DNA from: Nitrospira sp.
Lineage (GTDB): Bacteria > Nitrospirota > Nitrospiria > Nitrospirales > Nitrospiraceae
NCBI GenBank assembly: GCA_037445435.1
Contig: JBBIKN010000005.1
Span: forward strand, 7,420 to 71,419
Length of the DNA: 64,000 nucleotides
Direction: 5' to 3'
This document shows positions 1 to 8,025 of this stretch, in pieces (the stretch's first letter is position 1; each line of letters begins with the position of its first letter). A program made the position numbers and the translations under genes. A model generated the notes under the pieces. It did no database searches. It worked only from the letters and a program-made list of their open reading frames with translations, and was not told the origin of the DNA.

Positions 1-242
1 CCCTCCCAAGCCGGATGAGCGTGCGCGAGATAATCCTGCAAGAATGGAGAACATTGCTTGAGGTCTAACGCGGTGCGGTCCGCAAGACCAACGGACTGAC
101 GCCACCATTCAGGCGGGAGACCTCGGAGCCGAAACTCATTTGCCTCGTCCGCCCGCTCAAGCACCGCGATATCGAGCATCGACAGGACGCGATTGAACAG
201 GGGATCGTCGGCCGGCACGAAATCGGAATTCCTACTGTTCAT
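1..242 (-). CDS. hypothetical protein, N-terminal fragment (continues beyond window start)
   Basis: ATG at 242..240 lies 1 nt after the GTPase stop (minus strand TGAcATG). The frame stays open to base 1 (MNSRNSDFVPADDPLFNRVLSMLDIAVLERADEANEFRLRGLPPEWW...). It is missing from the ORF track because the window edge truncates it. Confidence 0.4.
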   Translation of the reverse strand, partial: MNSRNSDFVPADDPLFNRVLSMLDIAVLERADEANEFRLRGLPPEWWRQSVGLADRTALDLKQCSPFLQDYLAHAHPAWE

Positions 243-243
243 G

Positions 244-759
244 TCAATCACGGGGAAGCACAGGGGCACTGATCATCTGGGTGGCGAGTAGCGCAAATAG
301 CTCTTCAACCCCTTGCCCCAGTTTCGCGCTGCCGAACAGGACAGGCCAGCCTCGCTCACGAAGTCGCTCGATCGCCGGCTCATCGATCTCCCATTCCGGT
401 CGAACATCGGCCTTGTTGATGATTGAGACGAATGGGACGGCTCCTATCGTTCGTACAGCAGTCTCTTGCAGAGAGATGGCCGTGTCCAGCGTGGCCTTTC
501 TCGTGCCGTCCATGACCAAGATATAGCCGGATGAACCTCGGAGGTACGATTCGCGCACGCGCTGGAACTCATCCTCCCCATAGAGGTCCCACAACACCAA
601 CATCACGTCCTGAGGGCCGACTGTGACATTCTTCTTTTCCACGGTCACGCCGATCGTCGTATGGTAATGATCCGAAAACACATTGCTCACAAATCGGCGT
701 ACGAGGCTCGTCTTCCCTACCGCAAACCCGCCCAGCATGCACACCTTCTTCTGCATCAT
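244..759 (-). CDS. Ras/Rab-like small GTPase
   Basis: 171-aa ORF with all G motifs: P-loop GGFAVGKTS, switch-I Thr in HYHTTIGV, DLYG, NKAD, SAK. Its start overlaps the upstream ORF stop (ATGA). Confidence 0.85.
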   Translation of the reverse strand: MMQKKVCMLGGFAVGKTSLVRRFVSNVFSDHYHTTIGVTVEKKNVTVGPQDVMLVLWDLYGEDEFQRVRESYLRGSSGYILVMDGTRKATLDTAISLQETAVRTIGAVPFVSIINKADVRPEWEIDEPAIERLRERGWPVLFGSAKLGQGVEELFALLATQMISAPVLPRD

Positions 760-2522
760 GATCGGGAAATCTCTTGACCAGCCTGTACGAGGCGTGCGTG
801 CAACGATGCGATCCTCCGGTCCGCGGAATCGCCTTTGTGGGCGCGCCGTTTCGCGGCAGAGACGATGTCCGTGGTGATGGTCGTGGCCTCACCAAGACGC
901 TCGCCTCCCAGCACGGTACGGACGGCATCCGCACGAGCCTTACTGAGCTGCATGTTGATCGACTCCGGACCGGTCTCGTCCGCCGAGCCATGTATTTCGA
1001 GCGCCACACCTTGACCCGACTGGAACGCTGCTTGATCCAACTGACGTACGACCGCTGCGATTGAACTCAACGCCGCGAGTTCCCCTTGCTCCACCGTCGA
1101 GGAGCCGGGGCTGAAATGCACGACGGTCTGATTGATGTGCGTGAGGAGATCAGGGATGGATGTCGTCACGAGACCCTCATCGCGATAGCGCGAGACCCCT
1201 GGGATGAAAGTCGCCAAACGTTTCGTTTCTCTGGCCCATTCGATTGGAGCTGAACCGGTCGCCACCAGCGTGTCGCCTTCCAAAGTCAGCTTGACGGTGC
1301 TCGGAGGCTGCAACATCGATCGCGCTCTGGTCGCAACTAACTGAGGGTCCAGAGCGTAATAGGAAGACCACGTGGCTTTGACGGTCGATGAGTCGAAGCC
1401 GGCCTCGCTCATCAATACCGAAGGGTCCTTGGCCAAAGGGTCTCGTAACCCTTCGAGGTGATGCGCTCCCCAAGTCGATTTCGCCGCGGTGACGAGGATT
1501 CCCGGTTCCGCCCTGAGCTCGGCGAGCAGATCGGACCACCGGGCGTGGGTGTGGTAGACCGTCAAACCCCACCACGAGAGTGGGAGGAGAACGGCTCCTC
1601 CCAGAATCCAGAGTTTCAATGCGCTGGGTCGCGGTGGAGCTTCGTAGTGCGCTTGTAAACAGTTTTCCAGGTGAGTCTGTGTTGTCTTAAACGGCGCCGC
1701 ATCCCCGGCAAAGGTCGTCAAGGCATCGGCTTGCTGAGCATGAATATCATCCAGTGCCGCTCGAAAATCTTCTCTGAGGCTCGCCGGAGGAGTGCCTCGA
1801 ATGACGGCGGCCAAGTAAGCATGGGATCCTTGTTCAATCCACACAGTCCAGTCACCAACGTGGAACTGATCAAGGGTCTGGTCCTGGGATACGCCGAACG
1901 AATCTCGCACATACTGTTGAATCGCCGTCAGCATACCGGAAAGGACATGCTGATCTTGCACGACGGTCGCATCCGTCGCGACGTGGTGCAGCAAGAGCCC
2001 TGTCTCCAGATGAATGAGAAATACTTGTTCGACGCGATAGCGGAGCGTATGGAGCAGCACGACCTCCGCGAACGGTCTCCCCGTCCGCCAGGCTTCCACT
2101 CGCCAGCGAAGGCCCCGGATGGACAGACTCTCGTCCAACGACTGGTTGAACGACTGCATCATGCTTTGTAGGGCCCGCGCGATGGCTTGCCGGATAGCCG
2201 GCCCCATGATGGGAGCGATGGCATCGACGATCGCCCGAGGCGACTTCCGCACCGAGGCGACAAATCCATTTTCGACATAGGGAGCGAGGACGCTCGACAT
2301 CTGCTGGTCGTGTTCGCCGAGAATGGCGAACGCCTCGGGAAGCACTCGACTGACATCACGCGGCTGGATCTCTCGGTTGTCGAGCCGATCGCGAAGTTCG
2401 TCGAGTTGCGTCTGTTCCGGAGCCAGCAATAAGGTGCGGAGTTGAGTCCAATCTTCCTCTACGGACGTGCGTCCTTCTGAGGAGGCAGAATCGGAACGGA
2501 GTCTGAGGGGATCGCTAGACAT
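756..2522 (-). CDS. membrane protein with cytoplasmic N-terminal region, one TM span and a C-terminal OmpA/MotB-like domain
   Basis: 588-aa ORF. Hydrophobic span LKLWILGGAVLLPLSWWGLTVY. C-terminal OmpA-like string ALEIHGSADETGPESINMQLSKARADAVRTVL. Translationally coupled to the GTPase gene. Confidence 0.75.
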   Translation of the reverse strand: MSSDPLRLRSDSASSEGRTSVEEDWTQLRTLLLAPEQTQLDELRDRLDNREIQPRDVSRVLPEAFAILGEHDQQMSSVLAPYVENGFVASVRKSPRAIVDAIAPIMGPAIRQAIARALQSMMQSFNQSLDESLSIRGLRWRVEAWRTGRPFAEVVLLHTLRYRVEQVFLIHLETGLLLHHVATDATVVQDQHVLSGMLTAIQQYVRDSFGVSQDQTLDQFHVGDWTVWIEQGSHAYLAAVIRGTPPASLREDFRAALDDIHAQQADALTTFAGDAAPFKTTQTHLENCLQAHYEAPPRPSALKLWILGGAVLLPLSWWGLTVYHTHARWSDLLAELRAEPGILVTAAKSTWGAHHLEGLRDPLAKDPSVLMSEAGFDSSTVKATWSSYYALDPQLVATRARSMLQPPSTVKLTLEGDTLVATGSAPIEWARETKRLATFIPGVSRYRDEGLVTTSIPDLLTHINQTVVHFSPGSSTVEQGELAALSSIAAVVRQLDQAAFQSGQGVALEIHGSADETGPESINMQLSKARADAVRTVLGGERLGEATTITTDIVSAAKRRAHKGDSADRRIASLHARLVQAGQEISRS

Positions 2523-2646
2523 ATGGCAATGCCATCGTGGTTCAAATGTGGTTCAAGCCAAGCCGCGCAAGGAGGCCGGCAAGCGACTTGCCGTTACGAA
2601 AGGCAGCGGACACCTGTCAGGACTAAATCAGCCATGATCTTCGAGC

Positions 2647-3264
2647 TCATGTGCGAACGGAGTTTGCGTCGTTGTCGGTAAGTCGCTTGGACGCTTCCAT
2701 CAAGATCGCAGCGAGAGTCGCGCGATCCGTCTTTTCTGCACGGAGGTCATGGACCGCCTGTTTGAGTGCCGACGTCGCTTCGGCGTGACGAGTACGAACG
2801 TCAGTCGCCAGCTCGCTCGTCCGTTCTGTCAGCTGTTGTAACACATGGGTGTGTGATTGCGTCACTTGTATTTCGATTTGACGGGCTTTCTCCTCAAGAG
2901 CGGCAGCCAGATGGGTGAGTTCCTGCGTCAGACTCGTGACCGATTCTCCTCGCACTTCCTGTTCTCTCGTCAACCTGCTCGTCAACGCGTCGATTTCCTT
3001 TTTGACATATCCTTCAAGGGCATCAAAACGCCGTTTCAGATCATTGCGCAGGTCAGTGGCTTCACGTATCAAATGTTGCTCAAGTTGTGCAAATCGCCGG
3101 TCATGCTCGCGAACCTGTGCCCCGAAGAGAATGTCCCGAATCTTGTCGAGATTCCCACTGGCTGATGGCTCGTCAGTATGGGAGATGACACCTTCGCGAC
3201 CCGCCCTCTCGGCTTGACCTCGATGAACAACAGCAGACGGGTCCGTAGAGGGTAACCGACTCAT
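2647..3264 (-). CDS. coiled-coil protein, function unknown
   Basis: 205-aa ORF on the same strand, upstream of the OmpA-domain gene. Highly charged, heptad-like sequence (LDKIRDILFGAQVREHDRRFAQLEQHLIREATDLRNDLKRRFDALEGYVKKEIDAL...). No enzymatic motif seen. Confidence 0.6.
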   Translation of the reverse strand: MSRLPSTDPSAVVHRGQAERAGREGVISHTDEPSASGNLDKIRDILFGAQVREHDRRFAQLEQHLIREATDLRNDLKRRFDALEGYVKKEIDALTSRLTREQEVRGESVTSLTQELTHLAAALEEKARQIEIQVTQSHTHVLQQLTERTSELATDVRTRHAEATSALKQAVHDLRAEKTDRATLAAILMEASKRLTDNDANSVRT

Positions 3265-3478
3265 AGCTTCACCTCATTCGCTCACGATGGACGGGATGAC
3301 AGCTTGGGTCACACGATACTCGTCCAATTAATTGGCCACTAGTGATTCGCGTTCCATCCTACTTGCCTTATGCAGGTAGGTATCCTAGCACCGTCAACTG
3401 ACTCCAACAAGAGCAGATTGATGAGCTTGGCTGGATTTCGTTATGGAGGGCGACGAGCCATGCATGCACGACAAACTG

Positions 3479-4285
3479 TTAATACTTCACCAAGTGAATA
3501 TGATGATGGGAGGATGGCAACTCGATACCATGAGCCCGAAATCGTTCGAGGATCAACTTATTCAATTCTCCAGGAACCGAGCCATAATCAGCTACAGTCG
3601 TCCAAGGATTCACGGAAATGGCGATTGATGATTCCCCTAGCGATGATACTCCCACCCCAGGAGCAGGGTCCTTCAAGATCTTAGGATGTTGTTGGAGAAT
3701 ATCCTTCACCTCCGCCAGTGCCTCATCGAGATTGGTCCGGTGAGACACAGGGATAGACAAGTGCACCTGACGGATCGTGCCGAAGTTGTGCAGGATCTCG
3801 CCCACAATCTTTCGATTGGGGATGATGACGCGGGATCGGTCCGCATGCATCAGCGTCGTCGTGAAGATGTCGATGACCACGACGTCGCCGTGCACGCCCA
3901 ATAGCGAAATATGCTCGCCGACCTTGTAGGGCTTGCTGAAGATGATGGAGAGCCCGGCCATCACGTTGCTCAACACCCCCTGCAAGGCTAAGCCGATCCC
4001 CACGCCGGCGACTCCGACGCCGGCGATCAACGGAGCGATGGGAACACCGAGCGTCTGCAGCGCGATCATCGCGGTAAAGAGCATCACCACGATTTTCACG
4101 ATGCGAACGAGCAGCAGACGCACAGGCGGTTCAAGGGTCTGCTTTTCGAGCGCCTGTTGGGCAACATTCCCGGCCCAGCGGGATGCCATGCTGCCGGCAA
4201 CGATGATGCCGAGCGCGACCGCCGCCTGCAATCCGTACTGCACGGCATATTGCGTGAGCGTATCGACGACGTTCATAGAAGGCAT
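3479..4285 (-). CDS. small-conductance mechanosensitive channel (MscS family)
   Basis: 268-aa ORF with N-terminal TM helices followed by an MscS-type beta domain (IIFSKPYKVGEHISLLGVHGDVVVIDIFTTTLMHADRSRVIIPNRKIVGEILHNF). Confidence 0.85.
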   Translation of the reverse strand: MPSMNVVDTLTQYAVQYGLQAAVALGIIVAGSMASRWAGNVAQQALEKQTLEPPVRLLLVRIVKIVVMLFTAMIALQTLGVPIAPLIAGVGVAGVGIGLALQGVLSNVMAGLSIIFSKPYKVGEHISLLGVHGDVVVIDIFTTTLMHADRSRVIIPNRKIVGEILHNFGTIRQVHLSIPVSHRTNLDEALAEVKDILQQHPKILKDPAPGVGVSSLGESSIAISVNPWTTVADYGSVPGELNKLILERFRAHGIELPSSHHHIHLVKY

Positions 4286-4289
4286 TGCG

Positions 4290-5939
4290 TTATCTCCCGA
4301 AGAGGCCTTTCAGAAGTTCTTCTCCCTCTTTCTTTAAGTCCTCTGGCTTCGTGGTGCCTTTGAGTAATCCGCCGACGGCTTCTTCGACCTTCTTCTTCAC
4401 CTGCTCTTGCACTTTTCCGGTGAGGCCCTTGACGTCAACTCCGTACGACGGGGCTTGAGCCGTTCCGGCGATGGTCAGCGGAAGACTCAACCGGCCATCT
4501 TTCATCGCGACTTTGACGACGGGCGACGCAGCCGCAAGCTTCTGGCTCACCTCTTGCGACAGATTGAGATTCACGATCAAGTTCAGCTTTTGGTCGAATC
4601 CGATCGTGCCGCCCCCGGTGGCTTGAAAATCATGGCTATCCATTAATAGACGCTGCACGTTGATGATCCCTTGCTTGATGGCGAGATCCGTCTCGATCGT
4701 TGAAAACGCCGTAGCCTTTGCGTCGCCAAGGGAAATACCGGCCACCCTGAGGGCTGAGGCCACTTCTTGAAGAAGATTCACCCCTTCGATCTTCCCATCC
4801 CTCACCGCCAGATGACCGGTGCCCTCCAATGCCTTCGTCAGGTCCGGTATAGAGAACCCCTTACCTAGCAGCGAAAGATCGGCACCGGCTGTGCCGCTGA
4901 TGGAGACGGGTGTCTCGGCGACAGCATTCAACGCCGGACCAAGCTGCACTCCTTGAACCGTGACACCGCCCTTAAAAGGCGGCGCGTCCGACCCGGCGAT
5001 CATTTTCCCTTGTCCCTTCACCTCGCCATCGAACAGGTGAAACGACATGGAATTGAGTTTCGCCTCTTGTCCCCTGATCTCTGCAGTGATTTTGAGATCC
5101 TTGATATCAACCGGCTTTTTCAAGGGAAGCGCGATCGGAAGGTTCGCGGTATTAATCACCGGCGAGCTGATAGTGACCGTAGCATCGTTCCCAGCGGCAT
5201 TTCCACTAATGGTAAAGTCTGTTTTCCCTACGCCAAGCTGGAAATTGATCGCGTCGATGTCCATCGTCTCTTTCAGGGGGCCGAACGTGCCGTCGAGTTT
5301 CACCGGCAGGTTGAAGGGCTGCACGAGCGAGGCGAAATGGAGCTGCGGCGTTTGACCGAGTCGAACCTCACGAAGGAGCAACTCCAGATCTTGCAGTACG
5401 TATTCGGTAGGAGTGGCGGCAGACAGATCACGGTAGGTCAGCTTCCCGCCGTCGATCGACACTCGATCAACCGCCAACATCGCTAAAATCTTGAGCGGCC
5501 CTTCCGTCGAAGGAATCGGAGCGCGCGATGGCTTCTCCGGCACCGGCACGCCTTTGCGGCCGATCGTCGAGGCATTGAGCACGCCGTTTTTATTCTTGAT
5601 AACCGTAATGACCGGATTGTGAAGTGTGATCTCCTCAACCTCCACCTTGCCACTCAACAGGGGCATGAGTTTCACACCCACATCCAACGACGAGAGCGAC
5701 GCAAACGGACCGGAACTAAAGGCCGGATCATCCAGCACGGCAAACCCCGCCACGCGCGCCCCGATCCTTGGCCAGACGGTGAGACGAATTTCTTGTAACT
5801 GGACCTTCCGATTGAGCGCGTCTTCGATGTGCGGCTTGTACTGCTCCTGATACTTGCTGAGGTCGACCAGGAAGGGTAGCGAGAGGACCACACCGACCAC
5901 CAGAACCACGAGCACAAGCAAGCCGATGGCTATTTTCAT
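4290..5939 (-). CDS. AsmA family outer-membrane biogenesis protein
   Basis: N-terminal anchor MKIAIGLLVLVVLVVGVVLSLPFLV followed by a long beta-rich AsmA-like body. Start placed at ATG 5939, which has GGAGG 8 nt upstream, rather than the longest ORF start at 5993. Confidence 0.75.
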   Translation of the reverse strand: MKIAIGLLVLVVLVVGVVLSLPFLVDLSKYQEQYKPHIEDALNRKVQLQEIRLTVWPRIGARVAGFAVLDDPAFSSGPFASLSSLDVGVKLMPLLSGKVEVEEITLHNPVITVIKNKNGVLNASTIGRKGVPVPEKPSRAPIPSTEGPLKILAMLAVDRVSIDGGKLTYRDLSAATPTEYVLQDLELLLREVRLGQTPQLHFASLVQPFNLPVKLDGTFGPLKETMDIDAINFQLGVGKTDFTISGNAAGNDATVTISSPVINTANLPIALPLKKPVDIKDLKITAEIRGQEAKLNSMSFHLFDGEVKGQGKMIAGSDAPPFKGGVTVQGVQLGPALNAVAETPVSISGTAGADLSLLGKGFSIPDLTKALEGTGHLAVRDGKIEGVNLLQEVASALRVAGISLGDAKATAFSTIETDLAIKQGIINVQRLLMDSHDFQATGGGTIGFDQKLNLIVNLNLSQEVSQKLAAASPVVKVAMKDGRLSLPLTIAGTAQAPSYGVDVKGLTGKVQEQVKKKVEEAVGGLLKGTTKPEDLKKEGEELLKGLFGR

Positions 5940-6027
5940 CTCAATCGCCTCCAGGTGGAACGTAAGTATATAAACCGACTCATGATGAGTCAACGAACAG
6001 GTATGTAGGCGAGACTCGCGATCCGTC

Positions 6028-6393
6028 TAGCAGGATGCTGAAAAAATCTCCCACCGGCGTTCTCGCGGGACACTGCCGCCTCACCATCTCGGCGGCGTTC
6101 ACCAGCTTGTCGCGCTTTATTCAGCGCGGCGGGCACCTCAGAGGCTCAACGTACGAGAATGAGTACGCCTCGCATTAAGACACGGGGCGCTCGGGAGACA
6201 CGGCCCGCTCACCATCTCGCGGGCGTCCACAGACGTGCCATGCTTATTCGGCATGGCGTGGACCTCGCGCCCATCCGCAGACGTGACGCTTATTCGTCGC
6301 GTCGCGGCCCTCGCTGCGGCCTTGGTCGGTGACATGCGCGTCTTGGCGCGCAGGGGTGGGCGGGTGAGAATCGCGGCCTTTTTAAGCATCCTG
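6028..6393 (+). mobile_element. MITE/REP-like non-coding repeat element, expanded copy (same family as 54603-54731)
   Basis: Imperfect terminal inverted repeats CAGGATGCTGAAAAA (6031-6045) and TTTTTAAGCATCCTG (6379-6393), 14/15 complementary. Internal blocks are shared with the second copy (GGCGTTCTCGCGGG, CTCAGAGGCTCAACGTACGAGAATGAGTACGCCTCGC, CCTCGCTGCGGCCTTGG). ORFs across it are Arg/Ala-rich nonsense. Confidence 0.7.
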
Positions 6394-6540
6394 AGTTATT
6401 CCAGCGGTAACACCATACGGAAAATTCCAGCCATATTGTTGGCCTCAACCGAGTTTTTCCGCAGCCTGCCAATGCTTTCCATGTTCGCGGACATTGTCGT
6501 TATTGGCGACCCACTCTCCAACTCCGGAAGCCGGTTATCC

Positions 6541-6783
6541 TTAGCCGAACAACTTGTGGAGCAATTGTTCCCGACTCAGTTCGAAATGCTTCGCAACGTC
6601 CGCGAGGATTGCGGAAAGCGTTCCGATACGGAGAGGATTATGCTGAGGAATGGTCAGATGATGCTCACAGTGTTCTTGAGTCGTGAGTCGCAGATGACTC
6701 CCCGTTTGGCGGGTAATGACATATCCCAGCTTGTGTAGGGCGTGGGCTAGATCGGCTCCCGACAGATCGCGGGGAAGCCTCAT
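6541..6783 (-). CDS. hicA: type II toxin-antitoxin system HicA family toxin
   Basis: 80-aa ORF with a YcfA/HicA-like sequence (LSGADLAHALHKLGYVITRQTGSHLRLTT...PLRIGTLSAILADVAKH). 4-nt overlap with the upstream HicB-like gene. Confidence 0.75.
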   Translation of the reverse strand: MRLPRDLSGADLAHALHKLGYVITRQTGSHLRLTTQEHCEHHLTIPQHNPLRIGTLSAILADVAKHFELSREQLLHKLFG

Positions 6784-6992
6784 ACGGCGATGACTTCCTC
6801 ACGAACATGGTGCAGACGCACGACCTTCGGAGCTTTTCCTTCCTCAAAATGGCAACGGACGGCATCACGGACTTTTTCCGGCAACTCGGCCAGGGAGTCT
6901 GCTTCGGTATAGATCGACACCCCGAGCGCGCGCGCGATAAACCCACCCTCAGGCGCATCTTCTACGACGAAGATCACTTCATGCATCATCAT
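6780..6992 (-). CDS. hicB: HicB-like antitoxin
   Basis: 70-aa ORF (EVIFVVEDAPEGGFIARALGVSIYTEADSLAELPEKVRDAVRCHFEEG), typical of short HicB/UPF0150 partners. Overlaps the hicA start. Confidence 0.7.
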   Translation of the reverse strand: MMMHEVIFVVEDAPEGGFIARALGVSIYTEADSLAELPEKVRDAVRCHFEEGKAPKVVRLHHVREEVIAV

Positions 6993-7452
6993 TTACCAAT
7001 AGCGGTGTGACCATCGTAGTCTTGCTGTGGGCCAATGTCCAGCCCTGTATAGTTTTCAGAGCGTGCTGATGAGCATGCACAAAGCAAGACCCGACCCCAT
7101 TAGGACCTCACTTTGCCATGGCCATAAGAGTTAGCCAGTGAACTGAGCATACTATGAAATGCAACAAACAAGACTTGACCCCATCTCGACACGGGATCAC
7201 TAAGACGAGCATGCCTATCAGAATCTTCATCTAGGTCTTCTCCAGTTGAAAATGAAGTATATAAATGGATCCGAGGTGAGTCAACGAGCAACGGCGCGCA
7301 CACTCGCGAGAACTCTACAACATCTCACTTCGCCGCAATTCGTAGTGAGGGACGGGCGCCTGACACAGTGTCGGGGGAGTCGTCATTTGGGATGCCATTT
7401 GACGACAGAGTCGTCACGCGTGATTATGTATTCGGAGAACCTCGCCTTTTAG

Positions 7453-7661
7453 AAATCAAAGTCCGGCTTCGAAGTGGACTTTATCTTGGGCGATCATACC
7501 GCGATCGAACTCAAGGCGAGTGAAAAAGTCGGCCCCAACCATCTCAGATCGTTGAAGGCGCTGGCGGAGGAACGGAAACCAAACGCTATCTCTGCGTCAG
7601 CTTGGAAACGCGATGGCGAAAGGTCGGGGAGGTCACGATCCGCCCCATACATGAGTTTTGA
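7453..7661 (+). pseudogene. relic of the C-terminus of a DUF4143-type AAA ATPase
   Basis: Begins directly after a TAG with no N-terminal ATPase part. It reads KSKSGFEVDFILGDHTAIELKASEKVGPNHLRSLKALAEE. The expected tail (KRYLCVSLETRWRKVGEVTIRPIHEF*) then continues in a different frame from 7581. Confidence 0.55.
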
Positions 7662-8025
7662 AAGTCATATTCATAGTTCTACACCTCCTAGAACCTCTTA
7701 GCCGACGGATGTGAGGGAATGAATTCGTGGAAGTCCACAAGCGCCAGAGCCAGATGGCAAGCGACGCATGCCATGGCATACACGAAGCAAGACCAGACCA
7801 CTGGACTGTCATGCCTTGCTTTAATACATGAATTATGAATTAACCGATAACTCGACCGTCCTGGTGGTGTAGCTGTCAGCCTGTGGCAGGGTATGAATGC
7901 AAAACCATAATCGGATTTCCGATCTTGGATACCCGTCGATTTCTACCGATCCCCCTGTTCTCCGTCTTTTTCCACTTCATTGCTCTGTGCACGGGGCAGA
8001 GCTTGTGTTAAAATAACAGAGCGTC

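Noticed and set aside
2510-2530. Palindrome ATGGCA-A-TGCCAT at the start codon of the 588-aa gene, considered as a possible operator.
   Set aside because: It is a single short palindrome overlapping the ATG. That is too little evidence to call a regulatory site.
6083-6310. Tandem hairpin units considered as a possible miniature CRISPR array.
   Set aside because: There are only three units. They are imperfect, of unequal spacing and embedded within a TIR-bounded element. No cas genes or leader are present.
6138-6738. ORFs 6138-6389 (-), 6235-6738 (+) and 6290-6472 (-), considered as possible small genes.
   Set aside because: They run through the MITE-like repeat and its hairpins. Their translations are low-complexity Arg/Ala strings, so they were treated as non-coding repeat sequence.
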